Below are positions 23,839 to 36,958 of a DNA stretch of 39,788 nucleotides, in pieces. Position 1 is the first letter of the stretch, and every line of letters starts with the position of its first letter. Source of the stretch: Sphaeroforma arctica JP610 (taxonomy: Eukaryota); NCBI RefSeq assembly GCF_001186125.1, contig NW_014039797.1, forward strand, positions 1-39,788. Direction: 5' to 3'. The notes under the pieces are model-generated. The model saw only the letters and a program-made list of their open reading frames with translations. It ran no database searches and had not been told where the DNA came from. Made by a program: the position numbers and the translations under genes.

Positions 23839-25634
23839 TCAGCGATGGCAAAGCCCAGCTGGCGGTCGATTTCCGACATCGTTAGCTGATGCTGTGAAAC
23901 CGGAGTATGTTGTGCTACGCTGGTCTGTGTGGTGTACGAACGTAGGGTCATCATTCTCGTCGGTCATATCTTGTGCCTGCATCCAGTTAGGACGGAACAC
24001 ATGCCGCTGTAACTCCACCGGATTGAGCGGTGTCTGATTGAGGCGATAAAGCTGTATACATGGTGCGTTCCAGGAGTAGCGCATTTGTGGGCACCTCTGA
24101 ACTAACCCATGTGATGTGCTTTTGTCAGCATCGGTCTCAGCTTGCATAAGTGTCTGGGTTGGAGTTGGCGGCTCAACGAGTTCAGAAGTAGTTGTACCGG
24201 CATGATAGGTTGAAATAATGTATTACTAGCTCGGGGTACAACCGAGCGCCACTCGCGGTGCAAAAAGGTGTCTGCTGTGTGGGGGGTAACGAGAAGGGTG
24301 TACTGTATAAGTGTAATTAGCTTAGTGAACCATGGCGCATTAGATCTGAAAGGAACACATACCACCACCACCACCACCACAGACGTATTGGGTAAATCGA
24401 GTAGTCATGTATGCAAGAACGGGTCAATGTCTCTCCAAGGAGAGTTCATGTAGCAATGATTGAAGAGAATGTTTATGTTTCATGCATCTTGGCCGTATGC
24501 TCTCGTGCCGTCTTTCGTATAGTATGTCACTAGCAAAGGGTCTTCATGGCTAGCGAAAAGTTCAATACCAAAGGTCTTCACGGCTGCTAGATGGGATCCG
24601 CCCAGTGGAAATTCATAGACCAGCTGTTGACGTCTGACGTATCATCTGGCACTACCCAATCTGTAAATTGTGCCGCAGGCATCCGTGTAGGTCCAGGTGT
24701 TATAGCGACACCTACAAAGGGCACCGTGTCCTTCTGAATATGAAGTTGTGCTTGCATCGGAAAAGAGACTGAAGTATCCACAACATTTTATCTGTGATAT
24801 CCAGACAATCACCGAAAATCGGTAGTGGTCCTGGCATATAGCACATATCAATACGAGCTTCATTAATATCTCAATACTGCGCATCCATCGTTGGTGCTTG
24901 ACAGAACGAGAGTGCAAGTAAGGGGCTGGGTTGGTGACAACGTTTTCCAACGGCTTGTGGTCCGAGAGAATAGCCGTATGTTGGATGAACCTATGGCAAA
25001 AGGATGTTGACTAAACGAATGGCCAGCATCTCGCGCGAAGTCTCACTGTAATTGAGTTTGATATGCTTCAACTTCTTGGAGAAATGTATCATGGGGTAAA
25101 GGTAAGAAAAACTACCGATAGTGATGCCTGCATCGCGAGGTCGTTCCGGAAGGCGTGACATATCTGGTGCCGGGGATTCCGATCGAATACGATTACGGTC
25201 GGGTGCACGTATCATACTGTCAATGAAAAGTTATCCCGAATAGCATACGTCGGGGTAGTAGTTGGTGAGGTTTGAGCCGTTACCTGGTTGGTAATCAGCA
25301 GTGTCTCAAAGGCCAGAACTCGATCCAAAACCTGTTGAGTCTGGGGACTGCAGTTTGGTCGGTTGACAGAGGAGCATCTTCGAACTGGCGATCAGAAAGA
25401 GGCAATGTGTGCAGTGGTTTTAATATTTCCACATCAACAGTCAACTTGCGATCGCCCTCGACACGGCCAGTCAATACGGTGGCAGAAATGTGATCCTGGT
25501 ATTCTAATGCTTGTGCATGTGGGCGCTGGACGGACTGTTTGTGCAGCACACATAAAGGGTATAGCCGCCGCCTTTGGAAACGTGGCCAGGTCGCTGAGCC
25601 GCGGCTGTTGTGAGGTATCATCTGACTCAACCAC
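23839..25634 (-). mobile_element. Third, divergent retroelement relic with RNase H and methylase remnants
   Basis: HFSKKL..LNYSETSREMLAI (RH); then WSMNFHW, GIELFASHE, QDA*, YMNSPW, CVPFRSNAPWFTKL..ADTFL; boundaries uncertain. Confidence 0.72.
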
Positions 25635-26085
25635 CCGTTAGTGAAAGTAGGTACCTGTGTGCGCTAATGATGAACGGATGTTGATATTGCTATCATTTGG
25701 TCATTGTCCAACCGTTCGTTGCCAGTATCGTTAATGATGTCCGCCCCCCCCCCCCCCCTTTCATGGAGAACTATTGTGACCTTACACTTACTTTAATCAG
25801 CAGGAGACGATTTTTGTAGCAGGAGACGAATTTTGTCTCCTACATACCTGTTCAATTTAGAAGGCTACCAGCTAAACTTTTTTTAAAAAATCCAAAATTG
25901 GACAAATTAATTCGGCTACCCCATTGGCTCACGACCTTAAATGCATTTACTTCAAACATTCAATTGTTTAGACTTGGCCTAAGTATATAAGAAATCAGTT
26001 ACTTATTGTTCGTCATCTTCACATTTTCCTTCGATACCAAACAAGATGAGAACTTTGCACATAGTATGGTTTCAACTTTTAGTAT

Positions 26086-26484
26086 ATGTCAACAACACAA
26101 ACACAAATAAAAGTTAATCCTTCAGAGTATAAAGATGAAGACTTGGTTAGGTTATGGGATATATCAGACGACTCAGCAACAGGCTCCACTCGCATAAAGT
26201 GTGCACAACTTACCCTTCTAGGCGACAAACACTGTCACTGGGATGCTGATCTTTACCTGGCGACTGTTGGCGACTTTGAATGGGATTTCAATTCAATTCT
26301 AAACCACTGTGAACCGCTCAAACCTCCTCTCATCCGCGGTGCTAAACCGGTTCCATACAAACCCGTGCACAAGGTAGAAAGCACAGTCGAGTTCCGCAAC
26401 ACCAAGATAGCTCTTGGATCATACTGTGTATTCGGAACCTCTTCATCCGTTCTCTCGCAGATGAGTTCGGTGAAGCATTGTTAA
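26086..26484 (+). CDS. Hypothetical ORF, possibly a transposon-associated fragment
   Basis: 132-aa ATG ORF after an AT-rich region with TATATAA near 25984; no motif recognised. Confidence 0.3.
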   Translation: MSTTQTQIKVNPSEYKDEDLVRLWDISDDSATGSTRIKCAQLTLLGDKHCHWDADLYLATVGDFEWDFNSILNHCEPLKPPLIRGAKPVPYKPVHKVESTVEFRNTKIALGSYCVFGTSSSVLSQMSSVKHC

Positions 26485-26755
26485 GTATGGGAACCATGAT
26501 GATTGACTCCTGGACACTCTATGATATTATACGCTAGTCCTACTTCTATGAGTCCGCAAGTGTAACCTGTTTGCGTTGTCGTCGCCTACCATCTATATAG
26601 GCACGAAAATTGGTAAATATGTGTTTGTGATAGTGGTGTATGCGAAGAAATGAGAAAAGTCATAGGCGACTGTGAAGTGAGACCGCTATGTTCTACGTTG
26701 CGGCGTGGCCAAATAGTGCGCTTTAATTGTTCTTACTACACACACATCCTTGAAC

Positions 26756-27030
26756 TTACTTATATTTGGCATTGATAGCATCGCGATCCTTGTTATAGCA
26801 TGTTACGAACGTTATTTCAGTGTCACTGATTGCGAATTTCGAAGATTTATAAGCATGTGTTTCTTCATATGTTCCCGAGAAGTGCATTTGATCATCATCT
26901 CCTTCAAAATACCCTTTTCTTAACATTTTTAATGCATCTATTAACTGCTTGTCGCCCGATTGTCTCAATGTATGGCTGCTTCAGAACGAAGTACTCATTG
27001 AGCTGCTACCAAAATAATCGTCCCATATTA
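26756..27030 (-). pseudogene. PIF1-family helicase fragment
   Basis: FW*QLNEYFVL..RQSGDKQLIDALKMLRKG...TFVTCYNKDRDAIN fits the PIF1 RQxD..L..LRxG signature and motif IV. Confidence 0.65.
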
Positions 27031-27810
27031 TCAACACTATAGTAGGAAAGTTTCTCATTTTATATATTTAATTCAATGTATGCTAATTATTGTTTCGACC
27101 TAAAACTTAATGTTAAATTTTGTGTATAGCTGTCGTACACATGTATTGAGCCCTGTGAGACAACTATAGATGATCTGGGTGGTACTTAGAAATAGGTCAC
27201 AAATAACCCGGACCGGAGATGTCCTTAAATTAACGAGATCAAAGCTAGCTCGAAACCAGAAACCTATGTATAGACCTCTAGTTTCACATACTAGGCATTT
27301 TTTAATGAGATGAAAGCCAGTGAACATATCTACCAACTAGCTGATCACAAAATTTTGAAGAGACCGTAGATGATAGCTAAGTTTTAGAAGGTTGCAGGTA
27401 TGTATGTACGTTGTATTAACAACCAACGCGGTCTCTGAGATTTGTAAGGCAATAGTATTCGCTCAAGCGCATACTCCTACTCATGAGAAACAATGCAGTA
27501 TTAGCGTTTTACAACGAAATAATAAGATTCACCTAGTCTGAATTTCTTGTCATATGTTTAGTTCTACTTTTAGAATGTGTGTGTGTACTCTCAAAAGTAT
27601 ACTAAACTTGACTGTAATTATCAGATACTAGCGATAAGGGTTATAGTACACTATGCACAGCCAAAAAAATACCTCTACGGGACTGTCTGAGGTACCTAAA
27701 AAGAAAACCAAATACAAGGAAACATGTATGTGTGGTGTACACGATTGTACACAAGTAGGTGATAGAGTGATAGAGATACCGAATTGCCTTGAAGCAGATG
27801 CACGCGCAAG

Positions 27811-30800
27811 ATGTTGGCTATTTTAATTGCAACCAGAGTTGGACGAAGACGGTGTAGTGCGTCTGCTACCCAAGGTGGAGGTAAGGGAAACAAAAACCAT
27901 GCGTCTGTCAACGCAAAACACTTTCGTCGTGGAGATCTTTATTTTAAGGGCGATTACACGATCTCAGCTGCATACGAAGCAAGGCCTTACCGCGAACATC
28001 AATGGGATCGCTATTATCAACTCGATAGCGTGACTCGTGTAGCGCCGAGCAATACAGGGGGCATTGTCAAGTGTATATGTACTCTGGGTGATGATGAATA
28101 CGGAGAGAATATTCGTTTTGAGAATGGGCATAAGCTGCCTTTAAACAAGAAGAGGTCATACCCTTTTGTTAAACGGCTTGTGTTCGATCCGAAGAAAGTT
28201 ATTGAGCACAACAAACAAATAGATCAGGCAGATGGATATACGGGATTAATGGTTCACCGTAGGCACTTTAAGTTCAATCATTTGGCAACTAGGCAATCCC
28301 ATACTATACTATTACTAGACGCAATACCTTACTTTCGAATCAATGATTATATTCAGACCCCATCTGTGCGTCGCTGTCCTTCCGAACGTCGTGAAACTGC
28401 CGGTTTTGTGTCACGGTTACACTATAGTTTAAGTACAAACAATGGACGGCCTGGACATGGGGATAAACGAAAGATCACTCCTCTCGAAGCAGCAAAAATA
28501 TTCACACCGATCTTCTATGAGCAACGGGATCGCATGCGTGAAGATATGGCTGAAGAACAAAAGGTTCCAGAAGTTGCAGCAATTGGTGATCATAGTGGGG
28601 TATGTAGTGCAAATTTCTTTAAGCGGATGGAGAACCCTGTATTCTGTAGGAAGCACACAGGAGAACCGAACTCAACTGTACTACGGCTACAATTCGAATA
28701 TCTCAATTTTAATCGTAGGCTTGCAAACCTGACGCTCTGGAGTCATAACGTGCCTTGACGTGTAGAAGCGGTAATGAACTCCGGAGAAACAGAGACTGAT
28801 GATGAGGAAAGGGATAATTGTGAATCACGCGAACGTCCGCAAAGATTCTCTGTCTAGGAGTAATTTGTTCTTTTTATGGACATTTGCACTGTTTGTAGAG
28901 ACAATATGGCCATTGCAGGTGCTCACTTTGATGTGTCAGAGAATACTGCCCACCGCTATTACGCTACATACTGTATCGCGCTCTCTTTGATATTCCAAGC
29001 CGCCAGACTTTCTCAACCCCTGAACAAGCGGCACTATGCACGCCAGTACGTACGAGAGAGGCACCAGACTTACAATAAGATGTCGCCTTGTACATAGGCG
29101 ACTGTACTGAACGAAGGATAGAGTCACCTTTACTCGGCTGTATTTGGTGAGTATAAAAACTGCACTACCATAAAGCATAATGTGATAGCTTCTGGTAACA
29201 CATACGTTTGCGACATCACAAAAGAATATTGTAGAGCTTCGACAGACAACGTAATTCGCAACAATGAACAATACGGGGGGAAGATCCGTGAGATGTCCAA
29301 TGCTTTAACATCTACATCGAAGCAAATTTATATATGATATTTGTATGATAAGGGTTTGACATATAGATCTCTTCAACTCAAATCTAAGCAAATTTTGCAC
29401 GAAAAGTCAGTAAATGTACATTGGATAGGTAGAATTGTCACAAAAATGTACATTTCTACATATTTGATCAATATTTCAGTACGTTTTTATCGGTAAATTG
29501 AGTGAATGTACATTTAGTGAGTTTTCCACATTTTTAATGTACATTTAGACAAAGGTGAATGACTGAGCCAGCCAACCTAGTACTTAGTTGGTTGGTCCAT
29601 TTATTCACCTATTCTACTACATTTTTTACATAACCGTACAACACTTTTACACCAGAGGTGAAAGCTTTAGAGACTTTTTCAAAATGAATATGCCAAACAC
29701 TGTAATTACAACGCTGTCAAGTGTAATGAAGGGTTTTACTTTTGCGCAGAGCGGGCTATGGATAATTCCAAATGTAAACACGGAGTTCATGACTTTTTAT
29801 GTCCCGATTGTGTGTCAATTGAAACTCTTTTGCCCGAAGGTTGAGACCTCCGTAAGAGAGACACTCAAGCGCAAGTTACATATACTACTATCCGATGCAG
29901 AATCTGTGCAATTAGAGACTGGTACTGTTTTTGGACCTCTTCCTACTAACATACCTGCACTACGCAATAAATCCGACGATATCGAGTTCATCGATTTCCT
30001 AAATGAGAATACACCGCTGCAACTTCCGAATGGTACCACTAAATTGGGCGTTATCGTGAAATATTCTTAGCTTGAATCTATCCTGCCGGGTTTAGGGATT
30101 ATAGATCAATAAAAATTTAAATTCCAGAATTATACTTTCACGGGGGCTGGCAGAAAGATGAGAAATAACTATTGATGCTCATCGATCATAAACAGAAGAT
30201 ACTCTCACAATGGTACTTAGAAGACATGATCAAGTATTACGGAAAGCGTGGTCAAAGTCTTCTTGATTCCGCCATGATTTACAGGGACAAGGAAGGAGGT
30301 CGAATACATGAAAGGTATTTATATATAGTCATGTATGCCCATAACCAGAATGCAGATGGTGTTCAAATGACTTCACAACAATCACTAATGCTACATGTGA
30401 GAATAGCTACCCATCTAAGAAAAAGTTGTTCTGCTCAGCAATATCGCACCAGCATTCTCTGTCGTAGACAATTTTTTGAATGCATCCAAGATTAATCGTA
30501 AGCTGAAAGACATCGGTGCCAATCTATGGCTATTTACGGAAGCACGGCGAGTGAGATATGTGTTAAATGCGCATTTTACAAGGTGAATTCGATGAAAAAT
30601 ATTACACGGGCCGCTGGATATCTTCAAAGCTTTGCGATGCTGAGACGATGTAACGGAGAAAGGCACAAATGTATCAAAAATAGTCCAGTGGCGTTCGCAA
30701 AAGTATCTAAAGATAATCAAGATGACGATACTGCTAAAGTGGTATAAGTTCAACGTTGTCTTTTACTTATTACTTTGTTATGTTATCATCTCTATTGCAG

Positions 30801-31977
30801 TATTCAATTTATGTATACTTCGACACAATCACATGATGCAGTAGCGAAATTAATTATGTACTGCAAAATTTGATTTGGAATATAAGAAGCCTAACATTAC
30901 TTTAATCGAGAGTGTTCCCGGAACAAGTAAATCGCAAACATACAGTGATATCACAGGTTCGTGGCAGGGGGATGTGATGTGTTTATATCAGTAGTCCAAG
31001 AATTTGTGTCGGGTACATCAGCTGTCCAAGATCTGCGTGCAGAACATAGTGCGCAAATAGCTGCGCTACAATCGTGCGTATAGAATTAGACACAACTATA
31101 CGAGATAACCTAGTTCCTCGATATTGTGAGAAGAGATATTGTAATATGAATGACAGTCTGCGTCTCATTGAGAAAGCTGCTCAGCAGTTTTGAGTGGTAT
31201 ATGCAAGATGTAAAAACAGTGAACAAAGTGTCTGCTGATGTGGCACTCATGCGTCTCTTAGCTGATGTTGGAAATGTTTCGGCCGCACGTCATGCAACGA
31301 CACTTGAGAACGTCAAAAAGGAGTATACTAAACAAAAGACATTGATTGGTCCCAAGGCACGAGATAATCCTAACTGCAAACAATGTCATTCTTGTGAGAG
31401 AGGATAGAGCGCCATCCCTGATATCTAAGGCGACTCGAGAACATGCAGAGAGCGAGAAGTGTTTGTCTTGTGCAGAAGACTTTGTCCTCATTTGATATCA
31501 TGTCAAAAAGTGTCAATCATTTGCAGATGATCCAACCAAACTCATCGAGTCATCTGGTTAAATAAACCAAATGAGTCTGCGATAGGAGTGGAGCCTCAAA
31601 TCCAATGCCCATGAGTAAAGAACCTCAAAAGCCAGAATCTGGGCCTCAAGGAGCGGATCTAGAGTCACTATTCTGAATGCCATTACGTAGAGGACCTCCA
31701 GTGCTAGATACCGAGTTCCACAAAGCGAATTTATAATTAGAGCCATGAGTTGTGCAATCTGATAGATTCTGTAAACAGTGAGCCACCTAGAAAGAAACAG
31801 AGGGAATCACACAAACATAAGCAATGTACAGTAGAAACTTGTGATGCTACACGAGGGTTCAAAAATATTGCAAGTCACAAGAAAGCGTCTACACAGTTCA
31901 CACAAAATCCCACCCAGTACATCGAGCGTGGTCTAATCGTGATAAGCTTCTCATGTTGTTGGCAGACATTGAGATGA
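27811..31977 (+). mobile_element. Degenerate large DNA transposase gene, Sola3-like DDD family (superfamily tentative)
   Basis: LIDHKQKILSQWYLEDMIKYYGKRGQSL (30172); frameshifted VVLLSNIA and WLFTEARRVRYVLNAHF (30425-30580) resemble SDNA and FTEAxxGKxxxDxHF; NKVSADVA region; Cys pairs up- and downstream. Inclusion of 27811-28758 is inferred. Confidence 0.55.
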
Positions 31978-32849
31978 ACACACAAAAGCATACACAATAT
32001 ATGTACTATTATATAGCTACTCTAAAATAGAGTTTTTTTAGCCGATCCGCTGGTATCGTCAGCGTTTGCAATTAAGTCGCTTACTAGTTGCTTTGTACTT
32101 ATTGACTCTTCGTTGATACCGGTTTCGCCGACCGCTTGCCTTAATTCCGTAGCTTCATGAATATGAGCTTTCTGGTACTGTTTCCTGTCGCCAACCTTGC
32201 TTGAGATCATTGTCTGACCTTTCTTCAACACACTATATCCATCCGCACGATGACTGAAACAGTAATTGTTGTGATTGCTCAAACCCCGAACGTTTATATA
32301 CATCCAGAGTTTTAGGTATTGTTCGCTGGGCTAGCAGTGACGATCACTCGTCACATGCATGACATCAAAAAAGCAAACATCACAGAAGACCGCAAATGGC
32401 ATTAAAAAGTGCATTCAAAGTTGACAACGAAATGGACTACAACACTCGCTAAATAAGCTAAGTACTGTTGTCTCATGACAATGAAATGGACATACAACAC
32501 TCGCACAATCAAGCTAAGTACTTTTGCCTCATTTAATGCTTTCCGGATGTCAAACACAACAGGTATGTCGGCCATTGATAATGCCAGCTCGGATTTCAGT
32601 CTATCCGTCGCTCGCTCTCAATCTACCTTACAATACAGCTTCGAGTTACAAATCTTGCAGTTTCTGTGTTCATATTTCACACACAGTCCATCAAGCCAAC
32701 AAGACGGTATTCTATATGACTTTTTTTAGCCGCACCAAGACAGGTTGAGCATCCCATGATTCCTCATCGGCAAGCTATGCTTGACGCAATTGGTACTTTC
32801 ATTCGTCTTACCATTGCCTGCTGCAACCAACCCAGATATGGGTTTCGAT

Positions 32850-32939
32850 TGATATACATACTGCACATATATATAAATATATAAATATGTGCTTACATGT
32901 ATATGTATATATATATATATATGTGCTTACATGTATATG

Positions 32940-32991
<52 letters not shown>

Positions 32992-33062
32992 CATATATGT
33001 ATATACACACACACACATATATATATACATGCATACATACACACATGCATACATACATATGT
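32850..33062. repeat. (TA)n/(CA)n microsatellite
   Basis: Dinucleotide runs. Confidence 0.95.
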
Positions 33063-33096
33063 TTTATATTCATAAATACTTCACAAACTTGTTGTC

Positions 33097-34218
33097 TCAA
33101 TCGTCGACGCTGGGAGTTATCGCTTCTTCTTTACCCACCGAAGGATAACGTCCAACACCCACGAATGCACTATCGTTCATTTCCACTATATCGCCATCCA
33201 CTCGAGGGTTTCCAGCTGAATTTGTGGATATTTCGTCATCGTCATGGTAGTACATCACACACTGCGCATCTCGCAACACGGTGCACTGCCTCGTTGAACA
33301 CGTTATGACAGTGCCATCAAGATCAACCATACACTGGTTGCACCCATCAAACCATCGTCTACAATTTTCTGGGATCGCTATTTCCGCGCCTTCCAAACAC
33401 GCGGCGGCGTGATACTCTTCTCGAACGCACGTGATATTGGTTTGCTTCTCCATACCTTGATCTTCCAAACATAGGAAAGTATTACATCCGTCCGAGTACT
33501 GGTTACAACCCTCGGGACACTTTTGAACGAAACAATCGCAAGTGCTACAACCTGTGTCGTCGACCATTAAAGACGTATCGCACGCTGGGCAGTCTAGTTC
33601 GGGGCAGTCCGGCTTGGGCTTACACGCGCACGCATTGCATCCATTATCCGTTTGCTGATATCCGTATAAGCAGGATATAGTACATAGATAGATGGGACAA
33701 TTCACAAGGTCATTGTCGTCCGGCGTAATGTATAAAGGAGTCGAAGGTTCGTTGTCTGCGTAGTCATCGATACAGAATGGATCTGTTGTTTCATAAGGCG
33801 TACATTTCTTCAAAGTACATCCAGCGAAGTCCCCGCATATGCAAAAGTTGCAACCGTCAAAGTACATTTCACAATCGTCGGGGCACACGCCTTCTACTGT
33901 CATCAGATCGCCTTTGCTCGTATCCACTGAATCCAGGTACAATTCGCACGCACATGTCTCACAACCCTTCTCGTCGCGAAGATATACCGCACATATACGA
34001 TCTTCTGGCTCGCATTTCGAGTGGGCGTACTCGCAAAGACATTCCGGTTGGCCTGTCTCTACACATTCCGTCGTGTCGCAGATGGGGTTGAATCCGTCGC
34101 GATCGCAGACACATGTATAACAGCCGTCCGAATAGACCTCGCAGTTCACAGGACAGAACTGTTCCTGCATGGTGCAATTTAGTGCCGAAATTTGAGTCTG
34201 AAGCATGTACAAAGACAT
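33097..34218 (-). CDS. Cys-rich acidic repeat protein with DGCN repeats and antistasin-like modules
   Basis: Four CxxY/W(F/S)DGC(N/Y)xC-type units; CPIYLCTISCLYGYQQTDNGCNACAC antistasin pattern; no clear in-frame signal peptide. Confidence 0.85.
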   Translation of the reverse strand: MSLYMLQTQISALNCTMQEQFCPVNCEVYSDGCYTCVCDRDGFNPICDTTECVETGQPECLCEYAHSKCEPEDRICAVYLRDEKGCETCACELYLDSVDTSKGDLMTVEGVCPDDCEMYFDGCNFCICGDFAGCTLKKCTPYETTDPFCIDDYADNEPSTPLYITPDDNDLVNCPIYLCTISCLYGYQQTDNGCNACACKPKPDCPELDCPACDTSLMVDDTGCSTCDCFVQKCPEGCNQYSDGCNTFLCLEDQGMEKQTNITCVREEYHAAACLEGAEIAIPENCRRWFDGCNQCMVDLDGTVITCSTRQCTVLRDAQCVMYYHDDDEISTNSAGNPRVDGDIVEMNDSAFVGVGRYPSVGKEEAITPSVDD

Positions 34219-35234
34219 AGGAGAACCTGGTGATGTTATGCGGCAACGAGGTACTCTCTTCAGACGAATGCTCTACGAAAAACAATTTGCTATCGATGTA
34301 CGAAGATAAGCAGTAGTCACAAAGAAATAAAAAAGGTATCGTGATTAAGACACCAGCCTAAAGAACATGGTGTAACTCAGCGAATATTGGAGGTATGTGC
34401 ATATAGTAAGACTTCAATATTGAATCATCAGGCACTTTGTTCAAGGCATGAGCTTAAGCGAAAGGTTTTGAGAGCAGACGCAAATACAGCGCTTCATGTT
34501 TTCTATTGAAGAACACAAATTAACTCGGACGAGCGCATGCTAAGAACTACATGGTTGGATCCAGGAGTTCAATCAATGTATACCAAGGCAAGACACGCTG
34601 TTCCATGCATATGAGTTTCAGACGAATACACTTATGGTTTCTATAAAGATATTTCAACATTCGCAATAACAGAGAAAGGTATCAAAAATGCACATATACG
34701 TAAAAAATATATGAATGCCTCAGATCAAGCAAATAAAACATCCAATGATCGATTCTCATCTTGAATAGAACGATGTAGATATGCAAACGTTTAGAACTCG
34801 AAATACGAACCCAACACAACGATATACGAGTGATTGCGTGTTTGGTAGACATACAGAAAAATCTAGACATAGGAGTACATCATTGAAGCTATGGGTGTGT
34901 TGAGACGTTACGAGAAACATCACAAAAATTATTTCATGGATAAACACCGAATGCTATATAATATCAAACATTCACGCAAACAAAAACGATGCTCATTCAT
35001 AAAAAAAAAACAAAAAACTAAGTGCATACAAATACGGAAATGCCCGACAGATATAGATCATATTCGAGTGTACAATTTTTCTTCTTCTCTCGAATATATC
35101 CACAAATTAAACGAGTACAAACATGAACTTTGAAGACCTATAAGACGAACACACTCTATATGATATATATAGATATTTATATAGATATACAGACATACAG
35201 ACAGATAGACCGACCTACAGACCTACATATATAT

Positions 35235-35444
35235 TGAGATCCGAAATCAATTGCTAGTTATCGTTAGAATTCTTTTAATTGAAGAATGATATGAAGTTGT
35301 TAAACAATTTAAGTTAGGATTAGGGCCCTAGTATATATTTGTGTACGTGATAATGTAATGTTTTGGTTCACGATAATTTTGATAATATCACATAGCCAAA
35401 TTCTACTCCAAAGTTCGATACTCCGGGCCCTGGGGCCGATCACA
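35235..35444. mobile_element. 210-bp solo-LTR-like insertion in (TA)n
   Basis: TGAGATC...GATCACA imperfect inverted termini, ATATAT on both sides. Confidence 0.55.
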
Positions 35445-36433
35445 ATATATATATAAACATATACATACATACACACGCACGCACGCACGCATCCACGCAC
35501 ACACACATACGCGAACGCATCCACACACGTACACGTACACGCACACACACACACACACATATATATATAGACATGTACAAACACATACAAGCAAACAAAC
35601 ACACACAACATACACGCACATATATCTATATATACATTATATGTCTGTCTGTGCAGACACAGTCACTAACACAAACACTAACAAAAAACAGACACAGACA
35701 CAAGAGACACAGAAATACAGAGACATATATATATATGTATATATATACATATATATATATATATGTAACACACAGACACACACATATATATACATCCATC
35801 CATACATTCATATGTACATACATGCATACGTGCATACATACACAGACACAGACACGCACACATGTATACTGTTATATATATATATATTTATATCATATAT
35901 AGCTTGACTGTAATACGTTTAGACAAATATATATGTTTGCTTCTGAATATTAAAAATACTCTCTCTCTCTCTCTCACACATACATACATAACATTATACA
36001 CATACAAACTTAATCGTAATACTTCTCGACAAATAGATACGTTTGTTTCTCAATACCAAATCCACAAACAAACACATATATACCTAACAGTATACACATA
36101 CAACATAATCGTAATACTTCACGACAAGTATATACGTTTATTTCTCAATACCAAATCCACAAATACACACACAAACACACACATATAAATTTGTGTATCT
36201 GTATTTGTATTGTCACTTGTATGTATGTACATATGCACACATATACACACACAAATATATGTATAAATTATATATTATTGCTTGTACACACACACACACT
36301 CTCTCTTCCTCTCTCTCTCTATATAATATATATAAATATATATACATACATATATACATGCACACATACATAAATACTATATATATATATACGTACATAC
36401 ATATATATATATATATACACATATATACATATA

Positions 36434-36958
36434 NNNNNNNNNNNNNNNNNNNNNNNNNNNNNNNNNNNNNNNNNNNNNNNNNNNNNNNNNNNNNNNNNNN
36501 NNNNNNNNNNNNNNNNNNNNNNNNNNNNNNNNNNNNNNNNNNNNNNNNNNNNNNNNNNNNNNNNNNNNNNNNNNNNNNNNNNNNNNNNNNNNNNNNNNNN
36601 NNNNNNNNNNNNNNNNNNNNNNNNNNNNNNNNNNNNNNNNNNNNNNNNNNNNNNNNNNNNNNNNNNNNNNNNNNNNNNNNNNNNNNNNNNNNNNNNNNNN
36701 NNNNNNNNNNNNNNNNNNNNNNNNNNNNNNNNNNNNNNNNNNNNNNNNNNNNNNNNNNNNNNNNNNNNNNNNNNNNNNNNNNNNNNNNNNNNNNNNNNNN
36801 NNNNNNNNNNNNNNNNNNNNNNNNNNNNNNNNNNNNNNNNNNNNNNNNNNNNNNNNNNNNNNNNNNNNNNNNNNNNNNNNNNNNNNNNNNNNNNNNNNNN
36901 NNNNNNNNNNNNNNNNNNNNNNNNNNNNNNNNNNNNNNNNNNNNNNNNNNNNNNNNNN
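36434..36958. other. Assembly gap
   Basis: Run of N. Confidence 1.
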
